A stretch of DNA of 64,000 bases from an uncultured Phycisphaerales bacterium (GCA_963758525.1 CAVWVQ010000003.1:128001-192000); one strand, 5' to 3'; positions 11,656 to 22,485 are shown, counted from the stretch's first letter. The notes: a model not told the origin generated them from the letters alone. Numbers and translations are program-made.

Positions 11656-12483
11656 CTATCTTCCTTTTTCCAACAGTTCCCTCCATGCGCCTGGGCTTAC
11701 CTGCGCATAGTAGCGACCGTCCGCACAAGTCACCTTCATCGGACATCCGTAGACCGGCTCAAGCACCTGGGCGCGTAACACTTCGGACAAGCTTCCGGCC
11801 GCCGCGGCGGCTCCATCACTCAGCAGCAAGACCTGCGTTGTGGCCGGCGGCAGTTCTTCGAGATGATGGGTGATCATCAAAATCGTCGGGCGATCCGGGC
11901 CGCTGGTCAGCATCGCTTCGATGGACGCCAGAACCTGCTCGCGCGCTCGCAGATCAAGGCCATTGGTCGGCTCATCGAGCATCAGCAGTCTTGGCTTTTG
12001 CACCATTGCCCGGGCGATGAGCGCGCGCATCCGCTCCCCGGTGCTGAGCGTCGCGTAACGATGATTTCCTACCGCGTGCAAGCCAACCAAGTTGAGCATT
12101 CGGCCCGACTCCGTTCGCATTTCTTCGGTGATGGGATCGTAGAGTCCGAGCGTTCCGAAATAGCCGGTCAACACAACGTCAACCGCCGTGAGATCGCCGT
12201 CCATCTCGACGGCGCTGTTGGGCTGCACCAGTCGGATGCCGCGGCGCAGTTCGTGGAGATCGACTTCTCCGAAATGCTCGCCGAGCACTCGCACGTCGCC
12301 GCGCGTGGGCCAGAGATGACCGGCGATGACGCGCGTGAGCGTGCTCTTGCCGCTGCCATTGGGACCGAGGATCGCGGCACACGCCCCCGCCGGTACGGTC
12401 CAGGTGATGTCGCGCAGGATCCAGCGCTGGTCACGGATGACGCCGACGCCGGATAATGCAATTGCCGGTTGATTGCCTATCAT
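11656..12483 (-). CDS. ABC transporter ATP-binding protein (ModF/YlmA-like)
   Basis: Walker A GPNGSGKST, signature LSTGE, Walker B LMLDEP, ITHH. Confidence 0.9.
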   Translation of the reverse strand: MIGNQPAIALSGVGVIRDQRWILRDITWTVPAGACAAILGPNGSGKSTLTRVIAGHLWPTRGDVRVLGEHFGEVDLHELRRGIRLVQPNSAVEMDGDLTAVDVVLTGYFGTLGLYDPITEEMRTESGRMLNLVGLHAVGNHRYATLSTGERMRALIARAMVQKPRLLMLDEPTNGLDLRAREQVLASIEAMLTSGPDRPTILMITHHLEELPPATTQVLLLSDGAAAAAGSLSEVLRAQVLEPVYGCPMKVTCADGRYYAQVSPGAWRELLEKGR

Positions 12484-12511
12484 GTCGCGTCCAAACTACG
12501 AGGTCCGCAGC

Positions 12512-14228
12512 ATGGTCGCAACCGCAACTTCCAACCGATTGGTTCCCGAGAATCTGAATTGCTCTGAGTTTTCCCGGCTCGAGCCGCTTTATATCGCGCT
12601 GCTCGAGCGGAGGCTTCATACGCTCGAAGAACTCGTCGCCTGGCTGGAGGATTTCTCCGCGCTCACGGCAGTCGTCGACGAATACGGCAGCCGGCGCTAC
12701 ATCGACAAAAGCTGCCACACCGACGACGCCGCCATGGAGCAGGCCTATCTGCATTTCGTCGAGCAGATCGAACCGAAAATCAAGCCGCTCTATTTCCAAC
12801 TGCAGAAGAAATTCCTCGAATCACCCGCACGGGCGCAACTGACAGAAGAGAAGTTTGCGATTCTGGGGCCAAATGGTCGGCCGACGTGGAGATTTTCCGC
12901 GAGGAGAACGTGCCGCTGGATACGCAGGTGACAAAGCTGAGCAACGAATACGACAAGCTTTGCGGCGCGCGGGTGGTTCACTTTCGCGGCAGCGACTACA
13001 CGCCGCAGCAGATGGGCCGGTTTTCCGAGGAGACCGACCGCGCCACTCGCCAGGAGGCATGGGAAGCCAACACCAGCCGTCGCGTGCAGGACCGCGGCGC
13101 GGTCGATGCGATCTTCGATCAGCTTCTCGCGTTGCGGAAACAGATCGCGCAGAACGCCGGCTTCCCCGATTATCGCGCGTACACCTGGCGGCAATACAAG
13201 CGGTTTGATTACACGCCCGAGCAATGCCTGGCGTTTGCCGACAGCATTGCCCAGACATGCGTTCCGCTGGCCTCAAAGCTGGCGCGGGAACGAGCCGATG
13301 CGCTGCGCGTGCCGGCGCTGCGCCCTGGGATCTGGACGTCGATATCAAGGGACGTCCGCCGCTGCGTCCGTTCGAGGAGAATCGCGTCGATCTGTTTGTG
13401 GATAAAACGCGTGAGATTTTCAATCGTCTTTCGCCGCAGCTCGCGGGCGAATTTGACGAGCTGTCGGCTCACCAGAATCTCGATCTGGCCAGCCGGAAGG
13501 GAAAGCAGCCGGGCGGCTACCAAATGTCGCTGGAGCAGAGCCGCCAGCCATTTGTGTTCATGAACGCGGCGGGTTTGCAGCGCGATGTCGAAACCTTGCT
13601 GCATGAAGGCGGTCACGCATTTCATTTTCTGGCGGCGTGCCGGCACGAGCCGCTGGTTTTTCTGCGCAGGCGCCGATGGAGTTCTGCGAAGTGGCGAGCA
13701 TGTCGATGGAGTTGCTCGGCAGCGAGCACTTCGACGTGTTCTACAGCAATCCGGCCGACAGCGCCCGCGCCCGCCGGAAGCTTCTGGAAGGGATTGTCGG
13801 CATTCTTCCCTGGATCGCGATCATCGATTCGTTCCAGCACTGGCTCTACACCACGCCTGATCCGTCCGGACCGGCGCGAACCGACGAATGGCTTCGGTTG
13901 ATGGATCGCTTCTGGCCGGACGTGGACTGGAGCGGATACGAGCCGGCACGCGCATGCCACTGGCAACGCCAGTTACACCTGTTCCATGCGCCGTTTTACT
14001 ACGTGGAATATGGAATCGCGCAGCTCGGCGCGCTGCAGCTGTGGCTCAAGGCGCGAGCAAGACCCCCGCGCCGCGCTCGGTGGTTACCGGGCGGCTCTGG
14101 ACCTGGGAGGGACCAGGACGCTGCCCGAGCTTTTTGCCGCGGCGGGAATTGTTTTCGATTTCTCGGGGAAGACGCTGCGCCCGCTGATATCGGCCCTGAC
14201 GGACGAACTTGAGATGCTCCCAGCGTAA
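12512..14228 (+). CDS. pepF: M3 family oligoendopeptidase F (four apparent indels at ~12869, ~13324, ~13668, ~14053)
   Basis: RFDYTPEQC, RKGKQPGGY, LLHEGGHAFH (HExxH), EFCEVASMSME, PFYYVEYGIAQLGALQ across consecutive frames. Confidence 0.85.
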
Positions 14229-14233
14229 ACAAT

Positions 14234-14260
14234 ACGCTCCGCTGCGCGTCGCGGCTAACC
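14234..14260. repeat. REP-like 27-mer, left copy
   Basis: acgctccgctgcgcgtcgcggctaacc; exact reverse complement at 14727-14753. Confidence 0.85.
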
Positions 14261-14271
14261 TGGAAATCGGA

Positions 14272-14703
14272 TCAGGACCACTCCTCTATGAGCGAGCGGA
14301 CGAGCCTTTCGATCTCGGTCAGCGCCTGATCGGCCGTGGCTTGATCGAGATCGTGAACGTGCCAGTATTCGATCCGGTCGGACCATGCCGGGAACCGCGC
14401 CGCCATCATTGGCCGGTGCTCGGCTTCCTTCAGCGCGATGATCTTTGCGCTCAGATGCAAATCGTTCTCTGACAAATCGCGCGGCAGGCGAGGCGGCATC
14501 GACACCGCCACCCCCAGCTTCTGCAGCGCGATTGCCGTCGCCGGTGACATCGGGCCGATGTTGAAGATTCCCCGAGCAAGATCCAGGGCGCGAGAGTCCG
14601 CGCGCCAATCCAGGTTCCGCTCGGCGGCGAGGTGATTGAACAGCTCCTCGGCAAATCTGCTGCGGTAATAGTTCCCGGTGCAAAGAAACAGCAATTGCGG
14701 CAT
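14272..14703 (-). CDS. low-molecular-weight phosphatase (LMWPc/ArsC-like)
   Basis: P-loop LFLCTGNYYRS; AGGAGG upstream of ATG 14703. Confidence 0.85.
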   Translation of the reverse strand: MPQLLFLCTGNYYRSRFAEELFNHLAAERNLDWRADSRALDLARGIFNIGPMSPATAIALQKLGVAVSMPPRLPRDLSENDLHLSAKIIALKEAEHRPMMAARFPAWSDRIEYWHVHDLDQATADQALTEIERLVRSLIEEWS

Positions 14704-14726
14704 GCTCAGCACCTCCTTCCTTACCC

Positions 14727-14753
14727 GGTTAGCCGCGACGCGCAGCGGAGCGT
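14727..14753. repeat. REP-like 27-mer, right copy
   Basis: ggttagccgcgacgcgcagcggagcgt. Confidence 0.85.
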
Positions 14754-14796
14754 GTCGGAACGCGCGCTCGCGCGCGTTGCGCCCCGGCCGGCACCC

Positions 14797-15297
14797 CTAC
14801 TCGAACGCCCTTCGCAGGCACGCCGCGACGATGCGATCCTGTCCGAAGCCGAACTGTTCCGGGGCGGGAAGCCGTGACGGAGCAAACCAGCAAAACTCCT
14901 CGGCTTCTCCTCCCGCCCTCGGCTCTCCCGTCAACGGGACGACGAAGTTCAACGTTAACGCGTGCTGCCTGGGGTCCACGCTGCCGATTCCCCTCGCGGT
15001 GGTGAAATACTGACATACGTAAGCAGGCTGGGGGTCTGCCTCGAGCGTAAACGCGATCCGGGCGCCCAGTGTCTCGCGAAGCTGCCGGGTGATCGCCTCG
15101 GCAATCGACTCATTGCGCCACAATCGCCCGCCAACGACGCACCATCGCCGCCCCTGATGGGGTGTGTCGCGGGAAATCAGCCCCACGCGTTCAACTTTGC
15201 CCGACGAATCCACCATGACCGGCACCACGTCCACGCATGCGATGGGCATCGTGTCCTGAGCGCGTTTCCAGTCTGCAGCTTCCAGCCATCCCGACAT
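14797..15297 (-). CDS. NUDIX-fold protein (DUF4916-like)
   Basis: MPIACVDVVPV, GGRLWRNESIAEAITRQLRETLG, DPRQHA. Confidence 0.75.
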   Translation of the reverse strand: MSGWLEAADWKRAQDTMPIACVDVVPVMVDSSGKVERVGLISRDTPHQGRRWCVVGGRLWRNESIAEAITRQLRETLGARIAFTLEADPQPAYVCQYFTTARGIGSVDPRQHALTLNFVVPLTGEPRAGGEAEEFCWFAPSRLPAPEQFGFGQDRIVAACLRRAFE

Positions 15298-15388
15298 CCG
15301 AGTCACCTTTCGTTTGTTTCGCTGAAGCGTGTGCCGTCAACGTCCCGCATTCCGATGTATACTCTCATCGGCTCATCAATGGGAGTGA

Positions 15389-15889
15389 GTGACCGCGAAC
15401 CAACAAAGGATTTCCGTGAAACGAGCCCTTCCGACGTTACTCGCACTGGTCTGGTCGCTGTGGCTGGGCGGACTGGTCGTGATGTTTATCTCGGTTCACT
15501 CACTCTTCATCACCTTCGCCAGCGACCATTCAATTGCGGGACTGGCGGCCAGCGGAATATTCTGGCGATTTAACCGATATCAACTCGTGCTCGCGGCGAT
15601 CGCGCTGATCGGCAGCTTCGCCTGGCGGATCGCTTCGGGACGCAGCGCGGTCACCGGGTTGTTCTTCTGCTTTGGGCTGGCGTCGTTCGCGGCCATTGTT
15701 GTGGCGGGAATCATCACGCCGCATCTCGAAGCCATGCGGATCGCCCGCGAAACGCATACCCTGCGATTCGTCCGACTGCATGGAATCTCCATGCTGCTCT
15801 ATCTCTCGGAAGTGATTTGCCTTCTCATCGGCGGATTGATGCTGCCCTATCTGATCCGCCGGATTGCTCAGGACGAACCGCGCGGTTGA
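15389..15889 (+). CDS. DUF4149-like four-TM membrane protein
   Basis: SLWLGG, AASGIFWRF, FVRLHGISMLL; four hydrophobic segments. Confidence 0.65.
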   Translation: MTANQQRISVKRALPTLLALVWSLWLGGLVVMFISVHSLFITFASDHSIAGLAASGIFWRFNRYQLVLAAIALIGSFAWRIASGRSAVTGLFFCFGLASFAAIVVAGIITPHLEAMRIARETHTLRFVRLHGISMLLYLSEVICLLIGGLMLPYLIRRIAQDEPRG

Positions 15890-16721
15890 GCAGCCTGGCA
15901 GAGCAGCAGGAAATCCGCCGGCGAAAGCTCCTCCGGGCGGCGCCGGCCGTCGAATCCGGTCGTCTCCAGAATCACTTCGGCATTCTCACCGGCCTCGGTC
16001 AGCGCCTTGCGCAACGTCTTGCGGCGGTACGAAAAAACCGCGTGAATTAATTTTCCAAATCCCGCGGCATCTTTCCCCAGTTGATCGTGCCGCCGGACGC
16101 GTACCAGTGCGCTCTCGATGCTCGGGGCTGGCCAGAAGACCTGCGGCCCCAGCGTCCGCAGCAATTCCACCGACGATAACAGTTGGGCCATCACCGACAG
16201 CGGGCCGTATGCGTCATCGCCAGCGCCGCGCGCAGGCGCATCGCAACTTCCTTCTGCACGGTGAACGCCAGCAATTCCACTCCAGCAAGGAGCAGTTCGA
16301 TGATGAGCGGCGACGCGATGTTGTACGGCAGATTCGCGACAAGCCGAGCCTGCCGCCCCTCATCGCGGACCGATCGGATCTTCCCCGCCAGCTCGGCATT
16401 GATCTGATGCTTGCCAGCAAGCGCGTCGCCTTCAATCAGCGTGAAGTTTTCCCGAGTCCCGAGTCTGTCGCGCAGCAGCCTGGCAAGATCGCGATCGATC
16501 TCGACCGCGGCAACCTGTGCACCGCGATCGAGAAGCTCCTCGGTTAGCGTTCCGGTCCCCGGACCTACCTCAACGACAAAGTCCCCTGCCGCGATTTCTC
16601 CCGCATCCGCCACGAGTCGCACAATGTTGCGGTCGATCATGAAGTTCTGGCCAAACCGATGGCGAGGCTGCATGCCGGCGGCGGCAAGGAGCGCTTCGAT
16701 GTCGTGCTTGGTTTGTGACAT
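15868..16721 (-). CDS. rsmA: 16S rRNA m6,2A dimethyltransferase (frameshift at ~16223)
   Basis: FGQNFMID, VEVGPGTGTLT, VANLPYNIAS, VQKEVA, FWPAPSIES, FSYRRKTLR. Confidence 0.92.
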
Positions 16722-16725
16722 GAGG

Positions 16726-16890
16726 AGGGTTCAGGGTTCAGGGTTCAGGGTTCAGGGTTCAGGGTTCAGGCATTTGAACTTTTTCATTTTTCATTTGCCA
16801 TTTTTCATTTGCCATTTTTCATTTGCCATTTTTCATTCTGCGTTGCCCACCAGACGAAGAAATGAAAAATGAAAAGTGGAAAATGAAAAA
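16726..16890. repeat. (AGGGTTC)x6 followed by a TTTTCAT/TTGCCAT 7-mer array and its reverse complement
   Basis: Six exact copies at 16726-16767; 16781-16837 can pair with aaatgaaaaatgaaaagtggaaaatgaaaaa at 16860-16890. Confidence 0.85.
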
Positions 16891-16989
16891 GATAAAACTT
16901 GGAGGGCCAGTCCCTCTCCTCGACGGTGAGGTTACGCGGCGGAAGGACATTCGGCGAATTCAAAGTCAATCGCTACAATCCTTCCCATT

Positions 16990-17478
16990 ATGAAATCCTA
17001 CGAAGTCATTCGGCAAGCGGTGGAAGAGCCGGGCGTGAAAACGGTGGCGGCGGCGCTGAAGGTCTCGTCGGCGCTGGTTTATAAATGGTGCGAGCCGCCG
17101 GCGGAGAAGGAGGATCCGGATCAGAGCGGCGCGAAGAATCCGCTGGATCGGGTGCGCGAGATGTACCAGCTCACCAAGGACATTCGGCTGATCCGCTGGC
17201 TCTGCAATGATGCAGGCGGGTTCTTCGTGGCAAGCCCCAAGCCGGAAACGACCAAGAGCCTGGATGAGTCGATCTTCACGGAAACGCGCGGCATGGTGCG
17301 CGACTTCAGCGAGCTTCTGGAAACCGTGACGGAGTCGATGGAAAACGAACCGGGGATCGACGTCGAGGAAGCCGATGACATCCGCCAAAAGTGGGAGGAT
17401 CTCAAGGCGTGCGTCGAAAAGTTCGTGCTCAGCTGCGAAAAAGGGCATTATCTGCCGCCGGGCGGGGGAAAGAAGTAG
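16990..17478 (+). CDS. HTH protein resembling the phage CII-type regulator family
   Basis: N-terminal HTH-like VKTVAAALKVSSALVYKWCE, then NPLDRV and an acidic helical C-terminus. Confidence 0.5.
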   Translation: MKSYEVIRQAVEEPGVKTVAAALKVSSALVYKWCEPPAEKEDPDQSGAKNPLDRVREMYQLTKDIRLIRWLCNDAGGFFVASPKPETTKSLDESIFTETRGMVRDFSELLETVTESMENEPGIDVEEADDIRQKWEDLKACVEKFVLSCEKGHYLPPGGGKK

Positions 17479-17493
17479 ATATCAGATCGACCG

Positions 17494-17510
17494 GTTGAGC
17501 GCCGACGCAC
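17494..17510. repeat. 17-bp direct repeat, left copy
   Basis: gttgagcgccgacgcac, identical to 18247-18263. Confidence 0.85.
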
Positions 17511-17516
17511 GAGACG

Positions 17517-17589
17517 GGAGAACTGAACGTGACGCAGGGAGAACTAAACGTGGAGAACTAAACGTGACCAACGTGGAGAACTAAACGTG
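17517..17589. repeat. four copies of GGAGAACT(A/G)AACGTG
   Basis: Copies start at 17517, 17538, 17552 and 17575. Confidence 0.85.
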
Positions 17590-17620
17590 ACGCAAACCTT
17601 AACCTTAATAATTTCACCGG

Positions 17621-17928
17621 CTAGCATGCCTTCCTTTGACCGATGACCGTTGCCAGAGCCTGTGCGATCAGTTCCGAGCGACCCAGGCCATTTTCCTTGG
17701 CAACCTTGTCCGCCGCCCTGAGCAGACCGCGCTCCAGCACGATGTTTACGCGCTCAGTTTTTGAGGTCTTTCGCGCACGCTCGGGCCGATGCCTGCGGGA
17801 TTTTTCCCACACGCCCGTTCGGCCATGCTCAACGGCCGGATCTTGCCAAGAACCGATCCATTGAGGTCTTTGGTCGCCCGCCGCAATTCGGCGGTCGTCA
17901 TTTCCGTCCAGGGCTTCTTGGGCTTCAT
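17621..17928 (-). CDS. ribbon-helix-helix antitoxin-like protein (frameshift at ~17811)
   Basis: MKPKKPWTEMTTAELRRATK...ERA[L]WEKSRR...ERVNIVLERGLLRAADKVAKENGLGRSELIAQAL. Confidence 0.7.
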
Positions 17929-18071
17929 TTGTTTCTTCTCCGGTAGATTCGTTTGTCCTTTTCCGTCAACGGCTGCGCATGGATCACAAACAGCGTGCCG
18001 TCGGCGTCGATAACAAACGCAACCCGAACTTCAATGCAACTGTCAACATCGCGGGCGGTTGCGGAATGCAT
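17925..18071 (-). pseudogene. C-terminal remnant of a BrnT-like toxin
   Basis: Not in the ORF track: MHSATARDVDSCIEVRVAFVIDADGTLFVIHAQPLTEKDKRIYRRRNK; ATGA overlap with the antitoxin; N-terminal half absent. Confidence 0.55.
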
Positions 18072-18247
18072 GAGACGCGCACCAGGGGGTTGTCTCGTCT
18101 CATTTGGTTGCGTTGAGAAGACAACGGATGGTAATCCGTTGGCTTTCGGGGCTCAATCCATGCGACGTGCGACCACCCGCCGTTTGCGCCATTCGGTCGC
18201 ATTGAAGCCGGTAGCTCTTACAACTGACGACCTGACGACCGCGGGTG

Positions 18248-18276
18248 TTGAGCGCCGACGCACAAAGCAGTATGAT
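18248..18276 (+). promoter_or_regulatory. sigma70-type promoter for the small basic protein gene
   Basis: TTGAGC-17 nt-TATGAT. Confidence 0.7.
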
Positions 18277-18347
18277 CTCCGCCCCACGTAGCGCCCGGAA
18301 GCGGAAGCAGACTCCCGTTACGTTCGAGGACTTCAACGAGGTAAACA

Positions 18348-18701
18348 ATGTCTCTGGATCCGAGCCTGAAGAGCGCCAACGCACTGATTCGCCACCGCAA
18401 CGTTTTGACGCGCGATGAGCGTCTGACGACTCTCAAAGACCAGGAAAAGTGGCGCGACGGAATGAGCGTTTTCGGGCTTCCCAAAGTGGCCCATCGCAAG
18501 CAGGCGCTGGCCAAGGCCGAGAAGGCGGAGGCCACGGAAGAGGGTGCAACGCCCGCGGCAGCGGGCGCGGCGCCGGCCGCTGGCGCCAAGGGTGCAGCTC
18601 CTGCCAAGGGCTCAGCACCGGCAGCGAAAGGCGCAGCCCCCGCCGCCAAGGGCGCCGCTCCGGCCGCCAAGGCGGCCGCGCCGGCAGCGAAGAAAAAATA
18701 A
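18348..18701 (+). CDS. PVC-superphylum signature small basic protein with Ala/Lys/Pro tail
   Basis: MSLDPSLKS...RHRNVLTRDERL...W....SVFGLPKV; tail of PAAKGAA-like repeats. Confidence 0.85.
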   Translation: MSLDPSLKSANALIRHRNVLTRDERLTTLKDQEKWRDGMSVFGLPKVAHRKQALAKAEKAEATEEGATPAAAGAAPAAGAKGAAPAKGSAPAAKGAAPAAKGAAPAAKAAAPAAKKK

Positions 18702-18709
18702 CTTGGGCG

Positions 18710-19827
18710 ATGTCTTCCCCCTCCAGATTCATTTCCGGGCGATCGCTGAGCGTGGATGCTTCGGGCATCCGCAAGGTGTTCGACCTGGCAGCGAAGATGA
18801 AAGACCCGATCAATTTTTCGATCGGGCTTCCTGACTTCGATGTGCCGGACGTGGCGAAGCAGGCGGCAATCGGCGCGATCCAATCGGGGCACAATCGTTA
18901 CACCCAGACACAAGGGATCGCGCCGCTGCGCGAGCGGCTGCGGAGGGATCTGAGCGCGGAAATCGGCCGAGACGTTGGCGAGGTGCTCATCACCAGCGGT
19001 GTGAGCGGCGGATTGTTTCTCGCGATGCTTGCGACGATTGATCCGGGCGACGAGGCGATCTTCCTCGACCCCTACTTCGTCATGTACAAGCACCTGCTGT
19101 CGCTGGTCGGCGGCAAGTCTGTGATTGTCGACAGCTATCCGGATTTTCGCTTTCGCGCCGATCGGGTGGAGAAGGTGATCACGCCACGGACGAAGCTGCT
19201 GATTCTCAATTCCCCCAGCAATCCAACCGGCGTGGTCATGAGCCGGGAGGAAGTGGCTGATGCCGTTGAACTGGCGCAAGCACGATCTGCTGATCGTCTC
19301 CGACGAGATTTACGAACCGTTTCTTTACGATCAGAACGGCGCACTGGCCTCACCGGCGCGATCGTACGAAAACACCTTGCTGCTGCGCGGGTTTTCGAAA
19401 AGCCACGCGATGACAGGCTGGCGGCTGGGCTATGCCGCGGGTCCCGAGCCGGTGATCTCCGCGATGACGAAGCTTCAGCAGTACACGTTCGTGTGCGCGC
19501 ACAGCGCCATTGCAATATGCGGCGCTGGCGGCGCTGGACGTGCCGATGAACAGCGCCGTGGCGGCGTACCGTCTCAAACGTGATCTGGTCGTGGAGAAGT
19601 TGAGCCGAAAGTTCGAAATCGTGCAGCCGGGGGGCGCATTCTACATTTTCCCAAAAGTCCCCGGCGGGATCACCGCCAGTGACTTTGTGACCCGCGCGAT
19701 CGAAAACAATGTGCTGATCATCCCCGGCAACGTCTTCTCCGAGCGCGATACGCACTTCCGAATCAGTTACGCCACGACAGACGAGAGGCTATCGCGCGGC
19801 TGCGACATCCTCTGCTCGATCGCATAA
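18710..19827 (+). CDS. class I/II PLP-dependent aminotransferase (frameshifts at ~19276, ~19502)
   Basis: INFSIGLPDFD, LNSPSNPTG, VSDEIY, GFSKSHAMTGWRLGY, PGGAFYIF, FRISYA. Confidence 0.9.
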
Positions 19828-19834
19828 TAACCCT

Positions 19835-22477
19835 CTACCGATCATCGATGTCATCGGGGATCTGATCCAGATCACGATATGACCTGGGCCTGGGCAATGG
19901 CTCGGGAAGTATCGGCTCATCGTGAATCAAATGGCGATCCGTCGATCCGGTGCGCTGCACCGGCGGCAGCGGGAGCGGCAGTTGTCTCGTCGCCGGAGGC
20001 GTTGGAAGCGGTTCGCGAGCGACTTGAGCCTGCGGCTCCTCGCGCTCCTCTGACGCCAAGGGACCGCTGCGACGGCGGCCTCTTCCGCCGCGACGGCGTC
20101 GGCGCTGCGCGGCGCTCCATCTTCCCCGATCTCAATGGGCTCGCCCCCAGCAGGCGCAATTTCAGCGTCGATTTCCGCCGCGGATTCCTCCGATGCGGCA
20201 ATTTCCTCGCGGGGCTCATCGGGGAAGTCATCTTCGTCACGGACGGGAGTCATTTCATCGGCATCCATCGCGTCGTCCGGCGCGGAGCGGATTTCATCGC
20301 GATCGAATTCTCGCTGCGGGGGACGCCGCTCGTCGGTGCGCGGAGCATTCAGGCGCGGCACATCCCGGCGCGGCTCGTTGAGCCGCGGGCCATCCTGGCG
20401 GGAATCATCGGTGCGCGGGCCCGGCGCCTGGCCCTGTGCATTCTGGCCGCCGCGTCCGCGACCCCGACGACCGCGGCGACGGCGCCGGCGACGCGGCCCT
20501 CCATCGTCAGCCTGGTCAGTGTCGCCCAGAGGCGCTTCGGCGCGATTGCCGAGCGAATCCTCGGCCGCCTCGGAACCTGCCTCGGTGTCCAGCGCGGGAG
20601 CGAACGGCTCGCGCTGCGGTACGTCGTCGGTCGGCTCATCTAGCTCGACACCGGCGCCGGCTTCGATTTCAACATCTTCAACCGCATCATCATGATCTTC
20701 GCGTTCACCGCGATCGTCGCGCTCGCTGCGCTGCTCAAAGTCGTCCTCTTCATGATCCAGATCGAACGCCTCGTCGCGCGGCGCCGCGGCGCGAGGCGGC
20801 GGCAACTGTGGACGGCCAGGCGGACCGCCGCGCGGCCGACGATCGTCCAAACGCCCCTGCTGCTGCGGGCGCTGGTTGCCGGGCGGGCGCTGCTGCGGGC
20901 GAATGCCGAGCTGTGTTGTGTGCGGCGGCGGGCTCAGAACCGCGGACAGCTCTTCGATAATGACCAGCCCATCGCGGCTGTCGAATGGATCCAGGCGCAT
21001 CTCGTCGAGCCCCAGCGCCGGATCAGAGCGGATGATCACGCGCTTGCGGGTGTTAGCTTCCATGTCCGCAATCTGGATGCGCTTGCGATTCTGCAGATAA
21101 AACGCCACATCGGTGCAAATCGCCAGCTCGACGCGCACCACGCGCTGATCGGTCAGCGCAATTGCAAGGCGGCGCATTACGTCGAGACTCATGCTCTCGG
21201 GCGTCTTCACCAGCCCGGCGCCTTTGCAATGCGGGCAGTCGAAATAAATCGAGCGTTTCAACGACGGCCGCATGCGCTGGCGGGTCATTTCGATGATGCC
21301 GAACTCGCTCATCGGCAACACTTTCGTCTTGGCGCGATCGTTCTTGAAATTGTCATTCAGCCGTTTCCACAACTCACGGCGATGGCGCTCGAAGCGCAAG
21401 TCGATGAAGTCGCAGATGATCACCCCGCCGAGGTCGCGCAGCCGAAGCTGGCGGGGAATCTCGTCGGCGGCTTCCATGTCGGTCTTGAAGGCCGTGGTTT
21501 CAGCGTCGCTGTGATCGCGAAACTTGCCGCTGTTGACGTCGATCGCGACAACCGCTTCCGTGGAGTCGATCACCAGCGACCCCCCGCTGCGCAGCGGAAC
21601 GTGCCGGCTGTACATCAGCTCGATATCGCGCTCAATGCCGTAGCGGTGAAAAAGCGGGACCGTTTCCTCGTAGAGATCGACCTTGTTCTTCGCGCGGATT
21701 GGCGAGCTTGATGACTTCCTTGACGCGTTTGGCGACCTCCTTGTTGTCGACGACGATCGCGTCGATCTCGGTGCTGAAGAAATCGCGGACGGTGCGCGCG
21801 ACCAGATCGCCCTCGGTGTAAAGCTCCATCGGACCGGGGCCGGAGGCGCGCTTTTTGTCGAGCGTCAGCCACAGGCGCGTGAGGTAGGTCAAGTCGCGCT
21901 GGATGTCGGTTTTGCTCTTGCCGATGCCGGCGGTGCGGATGATGAATCCGACGTCCTTCGGCGGCTTGAGCGAGTCGAGGATCTGCCGGAGCCGGCGGCG
22001 CTCTTCGTCGTCTTCGATCTTCCGCGACACGCCCATCTTTCCCAGGCCCGGCATCATCACGAGGATGCGACCGGGGATGGAGAGATAAGTGGTCAGCGTC
22101 GGTCCCTTGGTGCCGATTCCTTCCTTGATGATCTGCACGACGATTTCGTCGCCGCGGCGCAGGCATCGCTGGATCGGGGGGCGATCGCGGCGCACCATCT
22201 TCCGGCCCACGGTTTCGCGCACATCTTCACCGTCGCGGCCGAAATAGGTCGGCATCAGGTCGGAGATGTGGAGAAATCCGTTGCGCCCCAGCCCAAAGTC
22301 GACAAACGCCGCCTGGATCGACGGCTCGACGTTGGTGACGCGCCCCTTATAGATGTTTCCGACATGACTCGTGGCGCTCGTCCGCTCCATGTAGAGCTCT
22401 TCGAGCACGCCGTCTTCCAGGAGAGCGATTCGGCATTCCTCGCCCTCGGAGACGTTGATCAACATTTCCTTTTTCAT
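19835..22477 (-). CDS. rne: Rne/Rng family ribonuclease with long disordered C-terminus (frameshifts at ~21693, ~20106)
   Basis: GNIYKGRVTNVEPSIQAAFVDFG, KGPTLTT, AIDVNSG, RLRDLGGVIICDFID, CPHCKG; Arg-rich and acidic tail. Confidence 0.9.
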
Positions 22478-22485
22478 CCGTAGTG

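Noticed and set aside
17517..17589. Mini CRISPR array
   Set aside because: Units are 15 bp with 0-8 nt spacers, and there are no cas genes
16990..18263. Prophage remnant
   Set aside because: No integrase, structural or replication genes
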